Positions 9,799-19,379 of a stretch of DNA of 64,000 nucleotides are shown piece after piece. The stretch is from positions 32,001-96,000 of the forward strand of contig CAWBGA010000004.1 in NCBI GenBank assembly GCA_963788195.1, written 5' to 3'. The translations under genes were made by a program, and so were the position numbers. Position 1 is the stretch's first letter. Each line of letters begins with the position of its first letter. Origin of the DNA: Nitrospirota bacterium. GTDB taxonomy: Bacteria; Nitrospirota; Nitrospiria; Nitrospirales; NS-4. The notes under the pieces were generated by a model. It saw only the letters and a list, made by a program, of their open reading frames with translations, made no database searches and was not told the DNA's origin.

Positions 9799-10022
9799 TG
9801 CACGCCGTCTCGGTGTTCGGAGAAGCTCAATGGCCCGAGCCTCAATGCTTGGGCCCAAGCTTTCCGCCCGATCAGCCAGCATAGTAGTACTTACTTGTAA
9901 TAAACTTGCGGATAAAAGCTGAAGTTATGAGCGGTGAGCCAAAGGCCATAATCACAAGAGCAAGACAATTACGAGTTTGTCTACTGAAAGCCCGGCGGGT
10001 AGGCTTGCGGGCGTAAGTTACA

Positions 10023-10640
10023 TTACAATCGCAGGACTTGCACGAGAATGCCGGTTCGAGTCGTGGTCTTGGTTTTTTCCATGATATGTTTGATGTGTTC
10101 TTTGACAGTCTGTTCGGTGACTCCCAATTCGTTGGCGATTTCCTTATTGGTCCACCCTTTCAATAGGTTCTGAACAACGGCAACTTCTCGTTCAGTCAGA
10201 TGAAATAACTCCTTGGCCTGTTCAGTGACCGCTTCCTGGCGTCGGCCAACCTCTTCCATGGTAATGAGAATCCTGGACTGTTGAATCCCGGTGCGGTCCG
10301 GTAGTCCGACGCCCCGAAGCAGTACAGGCCGCTTGGGATCACCGATGATTCGTTTGACGCGAAAATGCTCCCAGTCCTTGGCTTCAGTGCGAATCTGAAG
10401 GGTTTTCATGATCTCAGAGCACAGTTCGGCCACGGCCGGAGGCAATACTCCGTTCGCCGTTTTCCCGTTCTGTGCCTTATTGATTTGTGCACAGAGCTCC
10501 CACGTACGGCGGTCACGATACAGTAACTGCATAGAAGAGCTTAAGAGAAGAATGCCGGGCCCGGCACGCTTCTCAGCTATACTCTCGACGTGGTTGTCAG
10601 AGGAGGATTCATTAAGCGCCGGCGACTTCCTAGCCCTCAT
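10023..10640 (-). CDS. LuxR-family HTH regulator, paralogue 1
   Basis: FHLTEREVAVVQNLLKGWTNKEIANELGVTEQTVKEHIKHIMEKTKTTTRTGIL; GAGGGG RBS before ATG 10640. Confidence 0.92.
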   Translation of the reverse strand: MRARKSPALNESSSDNHVESIAEKRAGPGILLLSSSMQLLYRDRRTWELCAQINKAQNGKTANGVLPPAVAELCSEIMKTLQIRTEAKDWEHFRVKRIIGDPKRPVLLRGVGLPDRTGIQQSRILITMEEVGRRQEAVTEQAKELFHLTEREVAVVQNLLKGWTNKEIANELGVTEQTVKEHIKHIMEKTKTTTRTGILVQVLRL

Positions 10641-10728
10641 GTTCCCCTCCCGCGTGACGCGCACAAATAAGCATAAATTTCCTGAAACATAAAATTCAAG
10701 TGGAATTATTAAGGATCTAAACGTACCA

Positions 10729-10757
10729 ACATTAAGCTAGTCACAGGGGGAGGTCAA
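10729..10757 (-). promoter_or_regulatory. Putative sigma70 promoter for the LuxR pair
   Basis: Minus strand TTGACC, 17-bp spacer, TAATGT. Confidence 0.35.
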
Positions 10758-11022
10758 CCCCGCCTTCCGTACTGGCTGGTATACAGGATCGGTATTGTTG
10801 TAATGGGCACTTTCTTATAGTTTCCCCACGTTACGCGCTTCGTGTTCCCTGGCATTGCTCCCTAGGCTGTTTGATGGAATTTTCACTTATCGAAGGAAGC
10901 CAGTTTGTCAACAATGAGATCGCCTCTTGTTGATGGGCTCGGATCTCCCGCCGGGTTCGGCGTAAACACTTTTCAAGGCAGGAGAGAAGGCAATGATCCC
11001 ATCACTTTATAGGGGACATCAT

Positions 11023-11731
11023 ATGAAGATGCTTGCTATCTGTTCAGTCGTCGTGCTGTCCATTGCGTTGGCCGCTTGTCCAGGCTTCGCTCAGAGCGGC
11101 AACACAGTCAAGAAACCCCGTGCCACCGAGGCTGCAGTTGAGCACTCCAGTACCTGCTGCCCCTCAGGCGACGGATAAATCTTCACTCGTAGAGAAGTCC
11201 TCGCTCATCGTGACCCGGGATTACATTATCGGTCCGGAAGATATGCTTGAGGTTACGGTTTGGCGAAATCAGGATCTCTCCAGGCTTGTGCAGGTGCGAC
11301 CCGATGGAAGAATTTCTCTCCCTCTGATCGGTGACGTCACAGCCGTAGGTAAAACACCCACTCAACTGACTACAGAGATATCCATGAAGTTGAAAGAGTA
11401 CAAAGAAAATCCTTCTGTGGCAATCGTTGTGAAAGAGGTTCTTAGCTATGCGATTTACGTGATGGGAGAGGTGGGACGACAGGGAAAGTATCCGTTGAAA
11501 ACGAAGACGACGCTTCTACAGGGGATCACGATTGCCGGAGGGTTCACCCCCATCGCCGCTCGAAACAGGCTTGTCGTGTTCCGCTTCAATGACAATGGCG
11601 CCGCTGGCAGCGAGAGATTAAAGGCAAGTTATGATGACATTGTCCTGCGTGACGGCAGCCAGCAAAACATCGAGTTAAAACCGGGCGACACCATCGTGGT
11701 GCCATCCGAAACGATGGTGCTTCTGCCATGA
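11023..11731 (+). CDS. Short OPX polysaccharide export protein 1 (Poly_export + SLBB; frameshift near 11117)
   Basis: Signal peptide MKMLAICSVVVLSIALAAC; YIIGPEDMLEVTVWRNQDLS...VRPDGRISLPLIGDV; ends LKPGDTIVVP. Confidence 0.88.
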
Positions 11732-11780
11732 TGATTTTCAACAACACAGGCTTTCGCTAAGCCGCCCTCGGCTCTCTGGC

Positions 11781-12368
11781 TTGTTAGTCACGCTGATGGT
11801 TCTGGTTGGCAGTATCGGGTGTCAGAAAACATTGCCCGCAAGAGAACCGATAGAGAGCCGAACGGTCACGACTGAATTTCTATTGGGTCCGGAAGACGTC
11901 TTGGAAGTAGTGGTCTGGCGAAACCAAGATCTTTCGCGTGTGGTCGTTGTTAGACCCGACGGGATGATTTCCATGCCTATCATTGGAGACGTTCAGGCGG
12001 CCGGTCTGACGCCCGATCAACTGGCGGAGCGGATCACAAAGCGTTTAAAGGACTTTAAGGAAAACCCCAGCGTTTCGGTAAGCGTTAAAGAGGTGAACAG
12101 CTATACCGTCTTCTTGCTTGGAGAAGTCGCTAAACCAGGGAAGTACCAGCTCAAGTCGTATACGACGATTCTTCAAGCCATCTCCATGGCGGGCGGGTTC
12201 ACCCCGTTTGCCGCGAAAAACAAACTTCAAGTTGTCCGACACATCACGAATGGGGATGGCGCCTGGCATGAGGTCCGGTTGTCAATGCCCTACGACGATA
12301 TCCTCAGTGGCCGAGGGGATCCCGAGTATTTCATGCTCAAGGCTGGCGACACGATAGTTATCCCTTAA
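11781..12368 (+). CDS. Short OPX polysaccharide export protein 2 (start uncertain)
   Basis: LGPEDVLEVVVWRNQDLS...VRPDGMISMPIIGDVQAAG; ends LKAGDTIVIP; Cys after a hydrophobic stretch (possible lipoprotein). Confidence 0.9.
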   Translation: MLVTLMVLVGSIGCQKTLPAREPIESRTVTTEFLLGPEDVLEVVVWRNQDLSRVVVVRPDGMISMPIIGDVQAAGLTPDQLAERITKRLKDFKENPSVSVSVKEVNSYTVFLLGEVAKPGKYQLKSYTTILQAISMAGGFTPFAAKNKLQVVRHITNGDGAWHEVRLSMPYDDILSGRGDPEYFMLKAGDTIVIP

Positions 12369-12412
12369 AAAATGGTTTGTTGCACCCGCGCAGCGGCGGA
12401 ACGAAAGGAAAG

Positions 12413-14676
12413 ATGAATCCATCGTTACCTTTGACGGTCTCTGATTATTGGCATATTGCCACAAAGCGAAAGTGGATCATCATTGGATCCATCCTGACGG
12501 CACTCGGCATCGCCGGTCTTCTGTGCCTGTTTCTACCCAAGAGCTATCGTTCTAATACGTTGATTCTCGTGGAGACTCAAAAGATTCCAGAGGATTACGT
12601 CAAAGCCATAGTCGGCGGCACAATCGAAGAACGGCTCATCATGATTAAACAGCAGGTGATGAGCAGGACGCTCCTCAGTCGGGTCGTGGATCAGTTCAAG
12701 CTATATGGGGATGACGTCCATAGTCAGGGCTTTGAGGACGTCATCGACAACATGCGTAGTAATATCAAAGTCGATACGGTTGGTACCGGCCGTGGTGGCG
12801 GCAGGATCGAGGCGTTTTCAATCTCCTACAGCAATCACGATCCTATGGTGGCAATGAAGGTGACATCGAAGCTCGCATCCCAATTCATTGACCAGAACCT
12901 GCGCGTAAGGGAACAGTTTGTCGAAGGCGCGTCGGAATTTTTGGAACAGGAGTTGGCCAAGTCGAAAGCCGGTCTGGAAGCATTAGAACAAAAAATCAGC
13001 GACTATAAACAAAAGCACATAGGGGAGCTGCCTCAACAAATGGAGGCGAATTTACACGCTCTGGATCGAATTCAGAATGAGCTGATTCAGTACGAATGAA
13101 TCTATCGAAACGGTTACGGACCGCATCGGGCTCATCGAGAAGGCCATCCGGGATTATGAGACTACGGGCGCGACAACCGCGGGCTTAGGCGGAGGTGCTG
13201 ACCCACTCGTTGGGAGGTTGCGGGAGCTGGAGCGGACCTTGTCGTCTCTCTCAGGGTACAAAGAGAACTATCCCGATGTGATCCAGACCAAACAGGAGAT
13301 CGCGCAGGTGAAGGCGCAGCTTCTCGAGAAACATCGCATGTCCGGCCAGGATATTGACGAAGAAACTGTGAAGTCTTTCGACGGCTATCTCAATGGCCTG
13401 CTGCGGCAGCGCGACGACGCGCGAATAGAACTCGCGAGCGCTTAAGGATCGCCTGGTGCGCCTAAACGCCGCTATGCACAAATATGAATCCCGTGTGGAG
13501 CGCGCGCCAACGCTCGAGCAGGAACTTATGATCCTGATCCGCGATTATGACAACGGCCAGAGGAGTTACCAGTCGCTCTTGGACAAGAAAATAAACGCGA
13601 ATGTGGCCGAGAATCTGGAGAAGCGCCAAAAGGGCGAACAGTTCCGGATCATTGACCCTGCGAACCTTCCGGCAAAAGCCGGAAAAGCCCGATCCCATGC
13701 GCATCATGCTGATGGGCCTGGCCATGGGTTGTGGTGTCGGATTCGGCGGTGCTTTTGTCCTCGAGCAGATGAAGCTCGCCTTTCGCAGGCCCGAAGATGC
13801 CGAGCTATTGCTTGGGATCCCTCTCCTCGCCGCGATCCCACACTTTCAGACCGCGTATGGCGGAACAAGCACCGCGCTGCCGGCGCCGTCGAACAACCAT
13901 GAGGCCGATCTCGATTCGCCCAGTAACGCAGGAAATGGCACTGGTCAATGGAAAAAAGGGACGATTATGGCGATGGGCAGGACCGAAGAATGGCAACGGT
14001 AGGGAGTCGCTGCCGCCCGAGTTCAACCTCGTGAGCAAATGGAGACCGACGTCGCTGGTCGCCGAGCAATTTCGTGTTGCCGCCACTCGCTTGACACTCA
14101 TGTCCGAGGAAGGAAAGAACCCGGTGATCGTTATCAGTAGCGCAGTCAAAGGCGAAGGGAAATCCGCGTCCGCTGTGAACCTGGCATATACCCTGGCCCG
14201 GGACCTCGGCAAGACTACACTGTTGATCGATTGTGATTTGAAGAGCCCTTCACTACATGCGTACCTAGGCGCAGAACTCGAGCCCGGACTCGCGGAGGTC
14301 TTGCGTGGGACGCATACGTCTCGAAGATAGTATTCATCCCCTGGAGAAGTGGCCCTTATGGCTGATGCCGGCAGGCAATCAGGAGAATGGGCCGGTTGAG
14401 CTCTCAAAGGTGCATCAGCTCGCAAAGATTCTTACCGAATTACGCCGACGTTTTGACTACATTATTTTGGATGCCCCGCCCATCTTGCCGCTCGCCGATA
14501 TGAATGTCCTCGCAAGAATGGCAGACGTCCTGGTGCTTGTGATCAGGGCGGAAACAACAGAGCGTGAGGTGGTGCAAAAGGCCCTCAACTCATTGAAGCC
14601 CACCATTCAGGCGGGGATACTCCTGACTGGGGTATGGACGAAGGGCATTCCCTATTACATGGTGGAAGCGCCATAA
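12413..14676 (+). CDS. wzc: Wzc-like polysaccharide co-polymerase fused to BY-kinase domain (about 5 apparent +1 frameshifts at ~13092, 13440, 13678, 13957, 14308)
   Basis: Wzz N-terminal TM + LPKSYRS..LILVE; coiled coil; RDYD..Q..Y..LL.K; GEQFRIIDPA.LP; second TM; AEQFR..ATRL, Walker A SSAVKGEGKS, LLIDCDLKSPSLH, FDYIILDAPP. Confidence 0.85.
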
Positions 14677-14722
14677 GCGGCTTCGGTTCACGAGCCGAGC
14701 GCACTCCTTCGCGGATAACAGC

Positions 14723-15758
14723 ATGCAGATGGGTGTGGGAATCAAGACGGCCCTCGACTAAACCATTGGACTTCGACGCCATGGCACGCGCCTGTTGATT
14801 TTGGGTACGGGCGAGTTTGCCAAAGAACTGGCTCAGGTTTTGATCGCCAAACGCAAGCCTGGCTATAAAGTCATCGGCTTTCTGGATCGAGATCCGAAAC
14901 GGGTCAGGCGAACCGCTGGTCAATCCCGGCATTATTGGCGCATATGATGACCTGTTCGAGATCGTCGAACGCCACAGCATTACCAAAATCGCCGTGTGTC
15001 TTGGATGATCGGCGCGGGGAGATGCCTGTTGAGACGTTGCTGGATTTTAAGGCGATTGGCATTGAGGTCGTCGAGGGACACGCTCTGTACGAACAAGAAA
15101 CGGGAAGAATGTCGATCGATCTGGTGAAGCCCAGCGCCTTGATTTTTTCGGCGGGGTTCCGCAGGCGAGCGATGGTGATGGGACTTAAGCGCACTGATGG
15201 ACTGCCTCATTGCGCTTCTGGGCCTGCTCGTTTTGGGGCCACTGGTTGGTGTGGTCGCGCTTTTGCTCAAATTCGACTCGCCTGGTCCGGTGTTCTATAA
15301 GCAGACTCGCATTGGGCGAATGGGGGTGCCGTTCACGCTTTGGAAGATTCGTTCGATGCACACGGCCGCGGAGGAAAGTGGTGTTCAATGGGCCGCGCAG
15401 GATGACCCGCGGATCACGCGGCTTGGCCGCTGGCTTCGGAGATGGAGGATGGATGAGCTCCCGCAGCTCATCAATGTGCTCAAGGGAGAAATGAGCCTGG
15501 TCGGACCGCGGCCGGAACGCCCCGCGTTTGTTAAAAAGCTTCGAGGGGCGATTCCTTATTATGACTTGCGGCACACACTCAGGCCGGGAATTACGGGATG
15601 GGCGCAGATCAAGTTTCGATATGGCGCCTCTATCCAGGATGCACACGTGAAGCTGCAGTATGATCTGTACTACCTCAAGAATCTGTCGTTGGCATTGGAC
15701 TTTCGAATTCTTTTGACGGACGATACGAGTTGTGCTCTTGGGTGCAGGAGCGCGCTAG
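14723..15758 (+). CDS. Priming polyprenyl-phosphate sugar phosphotransferase, PEP-CTERM-associated type (several frameshifts; start uncertain)
   Basis: [110 protein letters not shown]; corrected end [12 protein letters not shown]. Confidence 0.85.
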
Positions 15759-15799
15759 AATCTCGCGTAATATTTAATCCTGATGTGGATGGGGATGAC

Positions 15800-16688
15800 G
15801 TGACTGCCGAGTTGTTGCTGAGTTTTCATGTCGAGGAGCATTTTCATGCCGTCGCGTTCGATTCTCCTATGCGCCGCCGCCACTGGGACCAATGTGAAAG
15901 CCGGGTTGAAAAGAACGTCGCCAAGCTTCTGGATATATTGGCAGAGCACGGTGTCACGGCGACATTTTTTGTCTTGGGGTGGATAGCGGAGCGACATCGC
16001 GGCCTTGTACGACTTATCGCCAGGGAAGGGCATGAAATTGCCTCCCATGGTTATGCCCACGAGATTGTGACCGCCCAGACGACGAACCAATTTCGGGAAG
16101 ACATTAAAAAAACTAAGCAGATCTTAGAGGATCTTACCGGGCAGCCGGTCTTAGGGTATCGAGCGCCTGGATGTTCTCTTACATCTGAAACATACTGGGC
16201 GCTGCCTATCATTGTGGATGAGGGGTACACGTACGATTCGAGTCTATGTCGCCTGCCTAAGGAAAGTGTACGGTATGCACAATGTTCACGGTTGGATTTC
16301 AGCAGTGGATCGCTGTGGGAGATACCTCTTTACTCTCTCAAGATTGCGGGGGTCGCACTGCCCGCTGATGGTTTTTCAATGAGGCTCCTTCGTTACCCCA
16401 TGCTCAAGAGGGCGCTTAAAAGTGCCAAAGCCAACTATGAATCCGTACGTGCAGCTGCGCGCGTGGGAGTTCGATCCCGGCCAACCACGAATGAAAGGCC
16501 ATTCGCTGGCGCTTTTTAAACAGTACTATAATCTCAATAAAGCTGAAGATCGACTGAGGCGATTGCTTAGCGATTTTCAGTTTGTTCCTCTACGCGATGC
16601 AATAAGCTTTGAGGAAGTCACCAACTCGACAAGCCTGGCTATCTCCCCGGCCACGCCCTCCCGGATTGAAATTAACACCATACCTTAA
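15800..16688 (+). CDS. DUF3473/XrtA-type polysaccharide deacetylase homologue with degenerate motifs (frameshift near 16440)
   Basis: ESRVEKN..LL.IL...ATFFVLGWIAER..GHEIASHGYAH..GYRAP..YDSS..WEFDPGQPR; motif 1 reads SFHVEEH. Confidence 0.8.
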
Positions 16689-16739
16689 TTAAAGGCTCCG
16701 CGAGTTTAGTGGCAGGGGACGGTTGATTTGAGGTGCAGG

Positions 16740-17636
16740 ATGGGCTCTCTGAATGCTTTAACGTTTGATGTCGAAGATTACTATCACGTTTCTGCATTTC
16801 GGTCACGTGCGCCTATAGCGGCTTGGGGTCAGTATGAGAGCCGAGTCGAACAGAATACGAACAAGTTACTCGAGATTCTCTGCACGGCCGGCGTCCGCGC
16901 CACATTTTTTGTTCTCGGATGGGTCGCTGAGCGTCACCCGCGTATGGTCAAGGCAATCCATCAGGCCGGTCATGAAGTATCATGCCATAGCTATACGCAC
17001 GACATGCTCACTGAACTAAATCCAGAAAAATTTCGTGAAGACATACGGCGATCCAAGGGCATCCTGGAAGACCTCATTGGAACCAGGATCCTAGGTTATC
17101 GCGCCCCAAGTTTCACGATCGTAAAAGACACAATGTGGGCTCTTCCGATATTGGTAGAAGAGGGTTTTTACTATGACTCCAGCATCTTTCCGATCCGGCA
17201 TGACCGGTATGGCATGCGTGACGCGGATCCATTGTGTCATCGCTTGTGTACCAACGCGGGTTTTCTCTGGGAAGTTCCTCCTACGACGGTGAAAATAGGA
17301 CCGGTGCGATTACCCATAGCCGGAGGGGGCTATTTTCGGTTTTTCCCATATAGAATTCTTCGTCGATTATTACGACACGTAGAGCGCCAAGGTGTGCCCT
17401 TGGTTATGTATCTGCATCCTTGGGAGCTCGATCCGGACCAACCGCGCATTTCGGCTTCGCGGCTCGCGCGGTTTCGCCATTACAACAATCTTGATAAGAC
17501 AGAGAAACGTTTGATTCAGCTTCTTCAGGACTTTCGTTTTGGTCCTATCTGCGAGGCGATCGAGGCGATTGCCAAATTGGTGAAACCTGATCCTTTGGGG
17601 ATTGAAAGGTGCGGAAATGCATTGGTACGCAGTTAG
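16740..17636 (+). CDS. Polysaccharide deacetylase, PEP-CTERM/XrtA locus type (DUF3473)
   Basis: LTFDVEDYYH, ATFFVLGWVAER, HEVSCHSYTH, GYRAPSF, YDSSIFPIRHDRYG, GGGYFR, YLHPWELDPDQPR. Confidence 0.92.
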   Translation: MGSLNALTFDVEDYYHVSAFRSRAPIAAWGQYESRVEQNTNKLLEILCTAGVRATFFVLGWVAERHPRMVKAIHQAGHEVSCHSYTHDMLTELNPEKFREDIRRSKGILEDLIGTRILGYRAPSFTIVKDTMWALPILVEEGFYYDSSIFPIRHDRYGMRDADPLCHRLCTNAGFLWEVPPTTVKIGPVRLPIAGGGYFRFFPYRILRRLLRHVERQGVPLVMYLHPWELDPDQPRISASRLARFRHYNNLDKTEKRLIQLLQDFRFGPICEAIEAIAKLVKPDPLGIERCGNALVRS

Positions 17637-18108
17637 CGTTAAACCTCATCATGAGACGCAGGCGCAGTGCAGCCTGGAGCGGCTCAAGGTGGAAATCTTT
17701 TGCCCTCAGATCAAGCGTATGAGGGTCATACGCCGAAAACATCAAACCACCGTCAATCCTCTATTTCCCGGCTATTTGTTCGCCAGATTTAATTTTCAAA
17801 AGGATCATCGGGCCGTCTCCTATGCTAGAGGCGTGCGAAAGATCGTGGAATTTGGCGCAACTCCGTCTGCCGTTGATGAGGAGATTATTGCGGCGATTAA
17901 AGGCAGAGTTGAGGACGGGTATGTGACGGTCCCCGCTGCCTGCTTCAGCCCTGGGCAAACCGTTCGTATTATCGACGGTCCTCTCCAAGGCCTGCAGGCG
18001 ATTTTCGAGCGGGAGATGAGCGACCACGAGAGGGTCGTCTTACTACTTAGAGCTCTGTCATATCAGGCGCGTGTCATTGTCGATAGTCAATACGTTGTGA
18101 ATCTATAA
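17617..18108 (+). CDS. rfaH: RfaH-like NusG-paralogue transcription antiterminator
   Basis: WYAVSVKP..AQ..LER; PLFPGYLF; RGV..IV.FG..P; KOW PGQTVRIIDGPLQGLQAIF; ERVVLLL; collinear with E. coli RfaH. Confidence 0.9.
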   Translation: MHWYAVSVKPHHETQAQCSLERLKVEIFCPQIKRMRVIRRKHQTTVNPLFPGYLFARFNFQKDHRAVSYARGVRKIVEFGATPSAVDEEIIAAIKGRVEDGYVTVPAACFSPGQTVRIIDGPLQGLQAIFEREMSDHERVVLLLRALSYQARVIVDSQYVVNL

Positions 18109-18216
18109 GACGGATCCGAGCCGTCCGGCTTGTCCATGTCAATGGATGAGCTGTTCTGTACATAGCTGGTCGGGCAGCAAAAAATCAGCCGGGGCAGACC
18201 CTACTTGCACCGGAAT

Positions 18217-18228
18217 GGCGGTAGCCTG
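18217..18228 (+). promoter_or_regulatory. ops (operon polarity suppressor) element
   Basis: GGCGGTAGCCTG matches the consensus GGCGGTAGnnTG exactly; non-template strand; 109 bp downstream of the rfaH-like stop. Confidence 0.7.
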
Positions 18229-19304
18229 TGTTAGAGACCCTGACAGACATTTCCTCGATCAGGCCCGCATGCTCACTGGGGGTAGAAGTTCTCCTTGCTG
18301 ATGACCTTACAGCCTGGGATGCGTATGTCAGAGGCCACCACTGCGCATTTACTTATCACCAGAGCGGATGGAAAGCCGTCGTTGAACAAAGCTTTGGGCA
18401 TCGGACTCGATATCTCCAAGCCGTTGATAAGAAGCGTATTGTCGGGATCTTACCGCTTGTGGTGATGAAAAGTTTGCTCTTCGGTCGATTTGTCGTCTCT
18501 TTGCCGTACTTCAACTATGCGGGCATTCTCGCCGATGATCAAAATTCTGCACAAGCGCTCCTTGACGCCGCGTGCCGTCTCGCAAAAGATGAGACGGCGA
18601 CTTACCTCGAGCTCCGGCACGGCGTGCCTCATGGTATTGGACTGATTCCGAAACGCCACAAAGTCACGATGCTCCTCGGGCTAAAATCAGGTGTCGAAAC
18701 TCAGTGGCAGGCGTTTGACTCCAAGCTGCGCAATCAGGTGCGAAAAGCCGAAAAGTCCGGGTTAACGATCCAAACGGGAGGCGAAGAACTCCTAGACAGC
18801 TTTTATCGAATTTTTGCACGCAATATGCGGGACCTCGGGACTCCCGTGTATGGGAAGGAATTTTTTCAGGCCATCCTGATGAACTTTCCAGCCTCCACAA
18901 GAATCTTTCTTTGCCGCCTCAGAGAGCTACCAGTGGCCGCCGGACTCATCGTGACCTTTAAGGATACTGTCGAAATGCCCTGGGCCGCATCGCTGCGGGA
19001 GCACAGGCACCTTTGCGGGAACATGCTTGTGTACTGGGAAGCCATCAAATTTTCCATCGCGCAGGGTTCTCGAACATTTGATTTCGGCCGCAGCACTCCT
19101 GGCGGTGGAACTTTCAAGTTCAAGGAACAGTGGGGAGCTCGCCAGGTTCCTCTCACCTGGGAGTATTGGACAGTGAATCCGGGGCAATTGCCAGAGATTA
19201 GCCCTAGCAATCCGAAGTATCAGTGGCCGATTCAGATCTGGAAGCGGCTGCCGCTGCAGGTTGCGAATCGAGTCGGCCCATTGATTGCGCGCGCGATCCC
19301 CTGA
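18228..19304 (+). CDS. FemAB-related GNAT-fold protein, PEP-CTERM system-associated (start uncertain)
   Basis: WDAYV..H..W...VEQSFGH; GILPL..KSLLFG..VSLPYFNYAG; KLRNQVRKAEK; NMRDLGTPV; FDFGRS..GT..FK.QWG; NPKY..IWKRLP. Confidence 0.9.
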   Translation: MLETLTDISSIRPACSLGVEVLLADDLTAWDAYVRGHHCAFTYHQSGWKAVVEQSFGHRTRYLQAVDKKRIVGILPLVVMKSLLFGRFVVSLPYFNYAGILADDQNSAQALLDAACRLAKDETATYLELRHGVPHGIGLIPKRHKVTMLLGLKSGVETQWQAFDSKLRNQVRKAEKSGLTIQTGGEELLDSFYRIFARNMRDLGTPVYGKEFFQAILMNFPASTRIFLCRLRELPVAAGLIVTFKDTVEMPWAASLREHRHLCGNMLVYWEAIKFSIAQGSRTFDFGRSTPGGGTFKFKEQWGARQVPLTWEYWTVNPGQLPEISPSNPKYQWPIQIWKRLPLQVANRVGPLIARAIP

Positions 19305-19379
19305 CCCGCCCGAAGCAAATCGACGAATGAAACCCGAAAGATTAGAAGAGCGAAACAGCGACCAAGGGATGGTGGACTA

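Noticed and set aside
9195..10640. AHL quorum-sensing LuxR receptors
   Set aside because: The N-domains lack recognisable autoinducer-binding motifs, and no luxI is present
15197..16519. Apparent sugar transferase-deacetylase fusion in the ORF track
   Set aside because: Removing one base at ~15719 gives the normal transferase end ([12 protein letters not shown]), and the deacetylase has its own GTG at 15800
12413..16688. Programmed frameshifting or phase variation in wzc and the sugar transferase
   Set aside because: Shifts are numerous, all +1, often outside long homopolymers and also hit unrelated genes; sequencing error is simpler
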